From contig OU015568.1 of assembly GCA_907165135.1 (NCBI GenBank), forward strand, positions 10,478,001 through 10,542,000: 64,000 nt of DNA, written 5' to 3'. Below, in pieces: positions 25,978-38,057 of the stretch. The notes under the pieces were generated by a model. It ran no database searches, was not told the DNA's origin, and saw only the letters and a program-made list of their open reading frames with translations. The stretch comes from Oikopleura dioica (taxonomy: Eukaryota > Animalia > Chordata). The position numbers and the translations under genes are program-made. Positions within the stretch are counted from its first letter, which is position 1. The number at the start of each line of letters is the position of its first letter.

Positions 25978-26659
25978 TCATGAAAATTTGGAGATTCCTT
26001 GTTTGAATTCTTTCGCATAATCAGGTGCAGTAAATTGAGGATTAAATTTTGGAGTTTCAACGGTAGTTTCTCTCTTTCTCTGAGGAATCGCAGCGGTAAC
26101 GAAATGATCTCGGATAGAATTGCTCATGTTTTGCGGATGATGGGGCGAATCTTCATTTTGTTGAAGTCTCCTAAATCTAATAAGCGCCTTTATTTCATTT
26201 TAAAAGTTACCTCATTTCACGATCAACAAGGTGGCTATGGAAATCTTGCGCACGGTTGCCGAACTCAATGAAAATCGGCATCGTTGAATTCATCACTTGG
26301 TTCATCTCTCTTTCCATTTGTCCGAACATCCTGTCGAAGTCGTCTTCAGCTCGGTCGAGCATTCCCATAAGCGAACGACCCCCAAGAATTAAATCATTCA
26401 TCGGAGGCCTTTGAACTCCCTGATTTGGGTTTTCTGGATCGAGAGTGTATGTTTTTCGGGTTTCAGTAACTTTTCCGTTTTCGTTCGTCCAAGTAGATTC
26501 TGTTACAGTCATTCCGTTTTGCTCATAAGTCTTGCTTTCCGAAAATGACGAGAAATTCTGATCGGGTCCACCGCTGGAGTCCCTGTTTGAGCTGGGATCC
26601 CAAGAAGTTGTATTGTCATTTGAATTTCTATTCAAGAATAAATTTCGTATCGCATCCAT
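25978..26659 (-). CDS. Hypothetical two-exon protein (about 215 aa)
   Basis: ATG 26659 preceded by TTTCAG. ORF 26207-26659, then an intron and an in-frame last exon ending GISKFS*. No confident family. Confidence 0.6.
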
Positions 26660-26706
26660 TCTGAAATCCCAGAGTTTATTATAAAAAAATTTAAAGGGAA
26701 GATTTA

Positions 26707-27482
26707 TCAGTCATCAACAGTAGCTTGTCCGCGCTTTTTAAGAGCAGCTTTTCGTTTCTTCTGATTCTTCTGCTCAAGCTGCATTTTTGAAACGTACTGC
26801 TTATACTCCATCGAGCGTGGGTCCAATTTCTTACCGACCAAATCAATAATTGCTTCCTAGAAAAAGAGTTAAGTTGAATGAGTTCAAAGATATCCCACCT
26901 CGTTCGTAAGGGACTGCACTACATAGTCAGTTTTCGACTTCTTCTTCTCCAATATCAATTTCTGGCGAATTCCGGGCGTCCGATCTTTAACAGGCGTCTT
27001 CCCTTTGTAGATATTCATCCATTTCGGCATTTGCGACATCGCTGCAGCAATTTGTCGTTGCCTAAAGAAAAGTTACAATTAAGATCTTGCATAAGAAGTT
27101 ACCTCAGCGCTTCATCCTGTTCTTTTTGACTTTCAATTCTCTGCAGTTCCTTCTTCATCGTTTCAAGCTCGGGCCACCATCTCTTCTCGGCCTCCAATTC
27201 CTCAGCATACTCCGCTTCAGAAGGAAACAGATCTCTAACCGAGACCTGACTTTTCAAACTGCCGAATCTGGCCCAGCTGCGTCGCCTCTCATCAGCAATG
27301 ACTCTGGCGCGCATATAATCTGCATGCTCTCCGTAGCCTCCGGTTTCCTCCTTCGGTGTTCTGTGATCAGGAGAGTACGGAAGAGAGACATTTCGCACAT
27401 AACGACCAACAGGGGCCCCTTCTCCAGGCTTTCCGGGGTAAAATGGAGGAGGAAGACGTCTTATATGCTGGGTGAAACGCAT
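26707..27482 (-). CDS. GADD45GIP1: Mitoribosomal protein mL64 / GADD45G-interacting protein 1
   Basis: RRRSWARFG...DLFPSEAEYAEELEAE...WPELETM, then RQIAAAMSQMPKW and GKKLDPRS..YKQ. Three exons. Confidence 0.8.
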
Positions 27483-27753
27483 CAACCGATTTTCGATTTG
27501 CTGAATAGCTTTTTCCTATTTTATCTTTTGAAACCATGGAAGAGACCATTGCACATGAATACAAAGTTTATTTCAAATTTGGAACTTCTTCAACAGTGGT
27601 GAATTCTATCTGAGTAAAATCACGGCTTCTGTACAGAATGAATCAATTCTTAAATTAGCATTTTGGCAGTCACAGTTTACAGTCAATTTTGTAGAATTGC
27701 ACCAGGTTTGACAACCGTCCACAGGGACAAGATAACATAAATAGAGGCGTTGA

Positions 27754-30700
27754 TCAGAGTTTGTACTCTGCAGCACCTTCCTGAGCCTTGTGGATCATGT
27801 TATTTACGCTGAAGTTGTAGGTGAAAGCGCCGCCGTTGTAATCGGGGTTGTAGGAGATCGTGGATGTGGGCACAGGGGGCTAATAATAGAGCTGTTATGG
27901 TAACTAGAATTTTAGCGCTTCAATTCTGCTACCTGGTCGGATACTGGCGGAGGAGCAGGTGTAGCTTGGTCGCCCCAGCTTATTCCCAGCTGACTCTGAA
28001 GAAAAAGTTTAGGATACGGATATTTATAGACTTCTAATTTTGGCTTAGTTAACAAGTTTTTCTATCGTTACCTGATCCGGAACTGGCGGAGGTCGGGCAT
28101 CGATCTCAGTCTTGAGAGACATGTTCAGCTCGGTCTTCACGGCGGCGGCAATGCTTCCCTGCGGCGGAAGTGGAGACTGAGCCGGCAGTGGCGGCGCAAG
28201 AGTTTGTTCTTGAATTACAGAAGTGTGCGCCGGAGTCAAATGTGTTGTCGACGGGACATCTGATGACGTGGAAGCGATTGCTTGATGTTGCTGTGTAGCT
28301 GCTTCTGCCACGCTTGATGGTGGTTGATGCGAGGCAGGCTGCTCTGTTGATCCTTCTACAGCTCCAGTTGGACTTGTCTAAAAATATTTTTTGATAGATT
28401 CATAAAGATCGATTTCGTGACTTACCGCAACATTTCCAGGAGGATGGGGGACGTGTGGGAGGTTGTAATCTGGAGGTCGATCATAGTCGAGCTTTCCATT
28501 CGCATCTCTGCGCTTGCGTTTTCGTCTGAAATGATCTTTGAATTCTTGTTATCGTAAAGGTTATTCAACTGAAATTTGATGCTAAACTCGCCTTTTTGCG
28601 CTTGCTCAAGAATCTAGAGGCCGAAGATGAAAACCTTGTTTTGTCAATGAAAAGTACACAGACTGATAGTGTGATCACAAATGGAAAAGCCCCGGGGCGC
28701 TTATCGCCGATCTCGACGGGATATCGGAGGAACTCGTGTAGACTGTTTCCAAAACGAAGGACACAGAAAAATCAAGATGAGCTTATCGCCTCATGCACAA
28801 AGAGGGTACACCGGAGGTAGCGCTTTTCGCGATAATGGAAAACGATCAGAGCATAGGTTGGGCGTGGGGCCTGCCAACCGGGTGCGGCGAAATCGGACAA
28901 AATCAACTTCCATTAAGGTTGGGTACATTTCATTCCAAAAACCCCCATCAGAGCTTCTCTGTTTTGAGAATATGAGTATAATTGGCATGTGATAATGTAC
29001 AATCCATTTTAATTCAATCTTCGTTTGATTTAATCATAACAAAATATATCAATCAATTTCGAATTGTGAAAATAATGGACATATATTGATATTACAAACG
29101 AACGAAAAGGTAAGACTATTTAATTCTTTGCGTAACATAACAATCGAACTTTTCCAATTTTCCAAACTGAACGTATTTTTAACGCTTCAGGCTTTCTGCA
29201 TGAGCGTTAGAAGATTAAGGGTGGTGGAAACATCCTCTAACTTGACTAAGACAGCATCAAAGACCTTAAGAAGGAATGGGGCGGATTTTTGGCAGGGTGT
29301 CCCGGCGCCAGTCCGACTGAGACTGAACGTAAAGTTGTAATCGGATGAAGTTAGACCGGTTGTTTGGTCCGCGCGAGTTCGAATCGGGTTAGTCTCCGTG
29401 GCGTTTACCCCAAAACACGGAAATCGTCAATCCCGATGGATGCTCGAATTTCGTATTTACGTTAAATTCGCGAGTGTCCCTCTCCACCGTCAAGAAAACG
29501 CTCGGCGCTTATTTTGGGAAGAAAGCGTTTTTTCTTGGCCAGCCCGTGCGGGGGCAAAATAAATCCGCCGGAAAAGGCAGAGAGTAGGAAATTTATTTAA
29601 TTAACCGAAATTAAGGACTGCGAAATTATCAATAATTAATTTTTGCTTACCGGAAGTTTCCATTGTCGAACATTTTTTCGCAGTTTGGATCTAAGGTCCA
29701 GTAGTTACCCTTGCCCGGATCATCTTCATCTCTCGGAACCTGATGAAGTGTTACGAGTTTGATAAAAATTTCAAATTGACGGACCTTTTTGAAACAGTCA
29801 TTGAGGGACAGATTGTGGCGAATGGAATTTTGCCATCCAGCTCTTGACTTTTTGTAGAACGGAAAGTTCTCCGCCACGTACTGGTAAATCTAAATAATTA
29901 TGTAAATTTTAAAAGCGCCAAATGCGAAAAGAAAGTACCTGCGAGAGCGTCAGCTTTTTGTCTGGCGCATTTTGGATCGCCATTGCTGAATAATTACGTA
30001 AACGGAAGAATGTACAAATTTTAGATTAACTCGGATCTTGTTCATTTGTTCAATCTTGAGAATAAATTGAAATCATAGAAGATTATTGAGTTGTTAGAAA
30101 TATTAAGAGAAACGATAGCTATCTTTATAAAAATAACTTAAAAGAATCATTCGATATTGATACTTAAGTTTTATCAATAATCTTATGTTACAATTTTTGA
30201 TCAAGAAATGCTTACCTATCAAAGCAGAATAAGAGTAAGGCGGTCTGACAAGTTTGAAAAGCTCCGCCTGATTTGGGATCGTCCATAAACTGCTCAGATC
30301 GCCGCCAAAGCCAGGACCATACTGGCTTGCTGCTTGCATATAAGAAGCAGCATAAGGATTCGAACCTAGACAGCAAGCGTTAGCAAGGGCAATGCGTGGT
30401 GATAATAAGCAAGGCGCCCGATATAGACTCTATTTGATTTATTTTATCAACCATGTGTAAGTTTATTTAGGGTGTGAACTTTTGACGTGAAGAGTTTTGT
30501 TATGCCGTCGAATATTACTCTGAGTGGCGAGTGTCCGGGGTATTTACTGCAAACCACACGGAGTATTTGGCACCAAACGCATTCCAGATTTGGAGAACAA
30601 GTGCCTCTCCAAATCTCAAAAGCCAACGCGCTTAATTAGGGAAACCCTTATTTTATATGCAAAATTACTAGAAAACCGGAAACCATGAGTCAAAGTAATT

Positions 30701-31037
30701 GATAAAGTATCTCCAAAGATTGAGAAAATTTCATAGGTTCAAAATAAATCTACTACTAGTTTTTTCGTTGACACTCTTAGTAAGACAGTAACTATTTTTA
30801 AAACGTTTTTCGAGAGATTGAGGAGTTTTTCCTTTGATTAAGTTTTATGAAAATTATAATGGGTAAATATAAGTGAAAGCAAGTTTTACCTAAAGAGGCG
30901 GCTGCTGCAGGGTTCGAAGCTGCTGCATTAAGCCATAGGTAGGGATTGGTGTTGTTGTAGTCCAGCCCCGGATAGTGACTGGCCGGTGTGCCTGACCTTC
31001 CATCCTGAGCCGTCTGGCCGTATATTCCGCTGAACAT
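27754..31037 (-). CDS. FOXI: Forkhead box I transcription factor
   Basis: Forkhead domain [98 protein letters not shown] over several exons. N-terminal NPYLWLN and C-terminal FSVNNMI are FoxI-type. Paralog not determinable. Confidence 0.93.
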
Positions 31038-32088
31038 TGTGCCAAAGTCGCCCAGGAACTCTTTCGTGGCGTTCGTGTGTCGTTAACTGACTCTCTGTTT
31101 GATACAAAACTAGTTTTTACTCATTTACTCTATCGATAGTGGCCGATTTTGGAAATAGCAAATCGAAAAACACACATAATCCGATAGAGCACCAACAGCA
31201 CCACCATTAGCGCCGCCACTGCGCCACCAGCGGCGCCAGTTTTACCCAAAACAAACCAATCAACCGGCTGGTAGCGAAAAATATGCTTAATGAGTCTACT
31301 TTTATATATTATGATACGCTTCTCTTGAATCAAAACATCATAGGATGTCAACCTTCTTATATTTTTCTCAGTAGTCCTTTCTCAAATACAAATTATTTCC
31401 ATAAACTTGTAATAATGTTAATAAGTCCTAAATCAAAAATAAAATAAAGAAAGATTTAAGATTCCAAAAGAGAAAACAAAACTTGGCACTTTCAAACAAC
31501 GTTCAAAGGCTTTTCCATTCAATATAATCATAATCGGAATTCAAAAAAGATAAACTATGCTTTTGATATACTTTTAATGTTCACATCGTTTATGGACAAG
31601 TAAACCTTCGATAACGCATATTTTTGTGGCTATATTTTCTCATAATAAACGTCTAAGCGATTTCATTAACGTGAGGTTGTTTTGGCGTTTGTTTGTTTCG
31701 TGTGTTCGATACCGGTCGTTGTCGGATTTGGGGGTTCTCGTAAAACCATTTTGGCCAAATCAAGAGCGCATTTTCACCCGACACAGATATTGTTATTTGT
31801 CAGAAAACGAAAAAGTGAATTTTGGGAACACCGCCGTTACGTTTTTTCTACAACACCACCAACTGAGCTGCTTATTTTGGAGAAAGGGTCCATTACCGAG
31901 ACCAAAACAGCCGCCGACACCCCAGCGAAGGGTTAGAATATAATCAGAAAAATAGATTTCCGTGATGATGGAATAACATCTGCTGAGTGCTTTATTTGAT
32001 TGCCAAATTAAGCATTATGTAAAGTGTTATTGAAAGTCAGAAATGATCTTTATTGAAATAAATAGCTTAGAACAAACAAAAGGTAAAA

Positions 32089-33753
32089 TTAGATCTGCTG
32101 CATGTTGATCAAATCGGGAGAAACAATGATATCGCAGCCAGTTGCAGCCTTGACTTCGTCAACAGTGAACTCAGGCCAGATTTCAGTCATGACAAGGCCT
32201 TCTTCTCGGACTTCGAGAACAGCCATTTCGGTAATGATTTTGTCAACACACTTGACGCCGGTCAAGGGGAGGCTGCAGTCGTCGAGGATTTTGTGCTTGC
32301 CACCACGTGCCTGGTGCTCCATAGTGATCACAACCTACAAAAATTACTCTCTTGTGAACATTTTTTGGCCTTACTCTTGATCCAGGAGCACCGACGAGAT
32401 CCATAGCTCCTCCCATTCCCTTGACCATCTTGCCGGGGATCATGTAATTTGCCAAATCGCCAGTCTTTGAGACCTGCATGGCGCCAAGCATCGTAAGCTG
32501 AACATGTCCGCCTCTGATCATGGCGAAGGATTCAGTGGAGGAAAAGTAGGATGAGCCAGGAATAATAGTAACGGTTTCTTTTCCAGCATTGATCAAGTCT
32601 GCATCGACCTCTTCTTCGGTCGGGAAGGGGCCGAGACCAAGTACGCCATTTTCGGATTGAAGAGTAACATTAACTCCGTCAGGGATAAAATTGGAAGCAA
32701 GCATGGGCATGCCAATGCCCAAGTTAGCGTACATGCCGTCTTCGAACTCGAGAGCAGCGCGGCGGATAATTCGCTCGCGCATAAGGGCAGCAGGGGATTT
32801 CTTAGCGGGCTCAGCTGATTCTGGTTGTCGGATGGTCTTTCGCTCGATTCGCTTTTCAAACTTTTCACCAACGACGACACGCTGGACGTAAATGCCAGGC
32901 ACGTGAACTTCATCGGCTATATTCGACGATTAGTTATCTTCTTATAAAAACTGGCTTTACCTGGGATTTCATCGACAATCTCTTCAACTTCAGCAATGGT
33001 CATTTTGCTAGCTTTGCACATTGGCTCGTTGAAATTTCGGGCAGTTTTTCGGAAAAGCAAGTTTCCAGCTTTATCGGCTTTCCATGCCTTGACAAGGGCG
33101 AAGTCACCAGTGATCGATTCTTCCATGATGTATTCGGTTCCGTTGAAGACTTTGGATTCGCGAGCTTCGGAGGCGATGTTGATGCTTCCGTCGGGGTTGT
33201 ACTTGAAAAAGTGTACGATCATTAATATAATGATGTGCGGTTTGCTTACCTTGATTGGAGCACCACCATGATGAATGAGAGTACCGACACCAGTTGGAGT
33301 GTAAAAAGCAGGGACACCGGCGCCACCAGCACGGATTTTTTCAGCCAGTGTTCCTTGTGGAGTCAGCTCAACTTCCAATTCACCGGTGAGGAATTGCCGT
33401 TCGAATTCTTTGTTCTCTCCGACGTAAGAAGCAATCATTCGCTTCACCATTTTCTTCTGAAGCAAGAGTCCTAAACCGAAATCGTCAACGCCAGCGTTGT
33501 TCGAAACAGCGGTCAGGTCCTGAAAATTTATTTTCATTACAAATTAATAAAGAATATCTTTACCTTTGGTCCGTGATGAAGCAATCCTTGAATCAAGTTC
33601 TCAGGAATACCACAGAGACCAAATCCACCAACAAGAATTTTCGCTCCATCGGGAACATCGGCAACGGCTTTGTTGGCATCGCTTCCAAAAAAAGGCAGCG
33701 TTCCGCAGCTGATTGGAAACGACCCGATTCAAGGTATTTCTCGATCTCAGCAT
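32089..33753 (-). CDS. OXCT1: Succinyl-CoA:3-ketoacid CoA transferase, mitochondrial
   Basis: Presequence [75 protein letters not shown] and CSLPLTG. One extra base in the A7 run at 33688-33694. Confidence 0.95.
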
Positions 33754-35416
33754 GACCCCCGTCTAAAAAAGGGGATTGAAAGAAAAGCTTTTGGTACAAC
33801 TGGTTGCAAATGAAACCCAAAACTACGCTCGCATCCAGTACAAGTGGTGGACATCAGTGTTTACATGAAACGGACGGTCATTTTTTCTCTTGATTCATTT
33901 CTTCCTTTAATTTTTGCGCTTTCTACGCCGCTGCCAGGGCTTCTCGGCTTTCTTTTGGCAACAATTGGTTTTCGTGTTGTTACAACAGAGAGCCGGGGCT
34001 AGGGCACTGCCACCGACGACGGCTAAGACGCCTTTGTCTTGACCCATTTTGATGTCAGGCTTTGGGTAAGTTCTAACTCTGTTTGCAAAACGACACAAAT
34101 TTGAGGAAATTTGGAGGGGCCACGGCACGAGGTCATCGAATGCGCGTTGACCTCGGGTCGCGCGCTTGAGCCGATCAGAGCGAAAATAATATTGTGTTCC
34201 CAAAATATCCAACGCAACGTTACCAAAACTAGTAAAAGGGGCGAAATGAACGCCCGCTAGCAAGAGAGATTACCACTTTGAATACAAACGAACAGATCAG
34301 AAATAGATTTAGAGTAGCTATTTTAACACGAAACATTCTTTTCTGATAGAAAAGAATCAAAGTGAGAATTTATCAATTAAAAATATCGACGTCAAGTGAA
34401 TTTCAGTTGAAATTTTTGCCCAATTAAAAATTTTAAATCATACGAATTATTTGAAATTGAGGCATTCTTGCCTTTAAAAATCTACTAGTGCATAAAAGAC
34501 TTACGCCCTCTATAGAAAAACTTCCTTATTATCATTTTAATTCATGCAGTAAATATCACATTTAGTCAGCTTCTTAGAACTACAATCGTTATCATTTCTA
34601 TTCGCAACCTTAATTGTTACTGAAGAATTTAATTGTTTTGCCTTGTCTCCTGTGGAGTCGTTTCAATTTTCGCGAAGACGAATTCATTCTCCCCCATGTG
34701 TCCAAAACAACGTATTGTTTTGGTCACAAATGCATAGTCGCGTGCCACACAGGGAAATCAAAAATTATGTTTTCTCAAAGCAGTCTTTGTACTTTTTCTC
34801 TTTGTGGCTAATTTGATACATAATGAAGTTAGTCATATGTAAATGCTTTTTTTCTGTGCAGTATTTATGTCGCACAGAAAGAGCAATTTGTGGTTGCTAC
34901 TTGTTAGAATAATTGAAAACATGGAAGAAAAACGAGTTGTTCCTTGAAAGTTTGATACATTTGACACGTGCCTCTGATTTTCATATTGCCTGTATTTTTC
35001 ATATTCAGATGAAAGATTGAAGACTCACGGTCATTATGAAGGGACAGAGAATGACTAGAATGGAAAACACAGCGCCAAACACATGTGATGCCTTTTTGAA
35101 GGAATTATTTTTGGAGAAACATTTAACTAGACTTAGTATTGCATATCGGAGAACTCAAGAATTACTGAAGTTATTAATTTGATATTGCTTTGATTTGAGG
35201 GATAGGATTCGACAGCAAGATTGGAAAAAAGCTCTGTCGGTGAAATATACGGTAAGCTACAGTATATGGTGATTCAGTAGAACAAATACTATTGGCTGTT
35301 TATCGATGATGCTTATAAGAAAGAACAAGTACAACTCAGAATGGGGACTTTTTTACAAAATTATATTTTCCTTTTTGAAATTTTTAAAACTGATATCGAG
35401 AAAGTTTGAATTGCAT

Positions 35417-37950
35417 TTATCGTGGTCTCGCCAGTAATCTGTCAACAGCAGCTTCGACATTGCCTTGTGTTCGTTGCAGCTCCTCGATGTTTGCTGCTCG
35501 ATCGGTAAAGCCCATCATTTCCAGTTGTTCAAGTTGAGAGGCGTAGTGTTCTTCTGGGTTAGCAACTGGGGGAATTCCAGCACCGGCACCGCCAAGGCCG
35601 CCCATTCCACTGAAATCGATTGTCAACAACAAAAATCGATGAAAAAGATACCGCGCCGTTGAGCCTCGAACTCAGGACCTTTATCCCCAAAACGGGGTCA
35701 GAGGAGGATCTTACAAAATACTGTCCGAAAAGTACTCAGGGCGACTTGATGCCCTTTTTGATTGAAAAATTGACAAAAGAATGAGGTTCGACTGTATTGC
35801 CACGGTCACGACAGGCTCACTGCTCAGCAGCGCTGTCCCGCTACCGCACGACGCGTCGGCTTTTGGCTGCTCCCTTTAGGGCCTGACCTTCGTTATCACC
35901 TTTCATTATGCAACCAGGTAAGCTCGGGCTACCCCGTGCTTACCTTGTTGACGCCGCTCTTAGCGCGGACGCCGCCTCAACACAATGAAGACTGCCGCGA
36001 GAACTCCGCAGCTCAAGCCGTTCCTCACCCAAGTCTCCGCTCGGACTACAGGCATGCGCTACCACACCCGACGGGGAAGAGCGCCAAAAGGCCGATTTTA
36101 TAGCCTTCGAGGCAGCGCAAAAACATGAAAAGACTGTTTCTAGTAAAATTTTTCTTATTTTTCTCTAGTTTCGAAAAGAAAATATTCCCCTATTTTAAAA
36201 CATATTAAAATTTAAGAATTAAAACGCGTAATATTGCCATTAAAACAACTTACCCCATTGATCTGAGCATATTAGCCATGAAATCATTTCCTCCAGCCGC
36301 TGGAGCAGTTCCTGCACCAGTAGCCGCTGGCGAAGCGCCAGTAGCACCAGCCATTCCAGGCCCGCCCATCATAGTTAACAAGCCAGGTGCCTCTTGGCGA
36401 ATGACTTCGTGCGCTCTTTGAATCTAAACAAGAGTATACAGTTTAGTATATTAATTTGTTAATTAAAACAATGCTCACCTGCTGAAATGCTTCGAGGACT
36501 CGTGGATTTGACATAGCTTCGAGCGTTGCCGGGTCGGCCATTTGTTGAGCAACCTAAACAACAAAGTATCGCACAATTATAGGTAAAAAAAATTACTTGA
36601 GCAAGCTGTTCGTCTGATATATTTGCTCCTTGAAATCCAGGCGCCGCATTTAATGCTTGCCGCATCAGCTGAGGATTGTTTCGCATCATGCCCATCATTG
36701 CTCGCATCATTCCAGGGTCTTTTACAGTTTGAAAATTGCTATAATCCTCTATTTAGCAATTTCTAAATGTTGTTAATCGATCGAAAGATCAGCGAAATGG
36801 CTGATTTCGCGGTCGAAGATGCGAGTTCGAATCCCGACAATCATTATTCTTTTTTTTTCAAACGATCCTAATCCTGCCGCGGCGCCGAGACCGCCCATTC
36901 CAGGAAGTCCACCAGCTCCACCGACAGCTGCACCAGTGTTCCCAGTATTTGCTTGAGTTGGAGCTGCCCAAGGATTCGGCAAGGCTTCGTTATTTTGTGT
37001 TCCAGCTTGTGTGTTTTCTGTCGTTGTGTTGTTGTCGTTTGTTGGCGTGGCGAAAGGATTCGGTCTGCCCATGGCATTCTGCATTGGCTCCTGCACTTCA
37101 TTATAGAATCGCTGTAACGCATTGAATCCGCCTGGTAGAGATTCAAGGTTCGACAGCGCACGGTCTTGATTTCTCATCATTTCCTGCATCATACTCGGGT
37201 TGCGCATCATTTCCATAGCTTGTCTCATGTGTTCTGGGTTGTTTAGAATGTGGCCGATTTCTGGATTTGTTTCCATAAGTTGCCGCATTTGCGGATTACT
37301 TTGGATGATGCTCTGCATAACTTCAGGGTTATCCATGATCGCCTAATATCGATGATTCGTTATTCAAATGATTTTCAATACCTGCATGATGGGAGAGTTC
37401 ATCATCTCCTGCATTGCTTGTGGATTCTGCATCATCTGCTGTGCTTGCTGATGTACATTTGCTCCTCCCAGTCCACCGCTACCAGCCATTCCTCCGGCGA
37501 GAGCTTAATATTCGTTCATAAATTATTGATGAAGTTTACACAAATTAACCTGCGAAGGGATTCGTTGAAGCAGCGGCAGGGCGCGCTCCAGTCGACGAGC
37601 TAGCGGTAGCACTTCCCGAGGTCGTTGTCGCGGTCGATGCAGGAGTACTCGCGGGCTCTGCTTTTGGCTCTGGCTTTGGGTCTTCCTGACGCGGTTGTTT
37701 GACAACCAAGTGAACTGCCTGGCCGTCTTTGATTCCGTGCGTCTCAACCGTGTCCGTATCTTTCAAAATCTTCCCACCGAAAATCAAAACCATCTGCTCC
37801 TCCTTTTTCTCAACAGCAGAAGCGACTACTTTTCGCAGATCTAGATAACTAATACGATTTTGTTGTGAAACAATTCCTACCTGCTACTGAGGCAGATGGT
37901 TCGATTTCAACTTCGAACTGTTTCGAGGGCATTTTGATCTTTAACTTCAT
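35417..37950 (-). CDS. UBQLN: Ubiquilin (UBL-STI1-UBA)
   Basis: [25 protein letters not shown]1 repeats ([44 protein letters not shown]), [19 protein letters not shown]...VEAAVDRLL*. Confidence 0.95.
35775..36072 (-). ncRNA. RN7SL: Signal recognition particle RNA (7SL), about 295 nt, nested in the last ubiquilin intron (35610-36253)
   Basis: Minus strand is collinear with metazoan 7SL. 5' GTCGGGTGTGGTAGCGCATGCCTGTAGTCC (Alu domain, UGUAG motif); GTCCGCGCTAAG; helix 6 GGTAAGC-ACGGG-GTAG-CCCG-A-GCTTACC; helix 8 CAGG-CCC-TAAA-GGG-AGCAG; 3' GCAATACAG...CTCATTC followed by a TTTT terminator. Confidence 0.93.
36096..36102 (-). promoter_or_regulatory. TATA box of the SRP RNA gene
   Basis: TATAAAA on the minus strand, 24-30 nt upstream of the predicted +1 (36072). 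Confidence 0.6.
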
Positions 37951-38057
37951 GGCGCCCCGAGCTCTGAAATAAGAATATGTAAACTAAGCGCCTTACAGTA
38001 ATTTAAATAATCTATATGTCCCAATTGAATCACACACAGGCATTCAAGAATACAGTT

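Noticed and set aside
28596-28992. Plus-strand ORFs inside the FoxI intron as a nested gene
   Set aside because: Overlapping short ORFs in several frames with no family signal. More likely intronic regulatory DNA.
33850-34263. RNase P/MRP, U3 or 7SK RNA in the GC-rich stretch upstream of OXCT1
   Set aside because: I could not find the conserved boxes of any of these RNAs on either strand.
36766-36845. tRNA gene
   Set aside because: The T-stem has two mismatches, there is no proper D-loop or 7-nt anticodon loop, and A-box to B-box spacing is too short. Kept only as a structured-intron finding.
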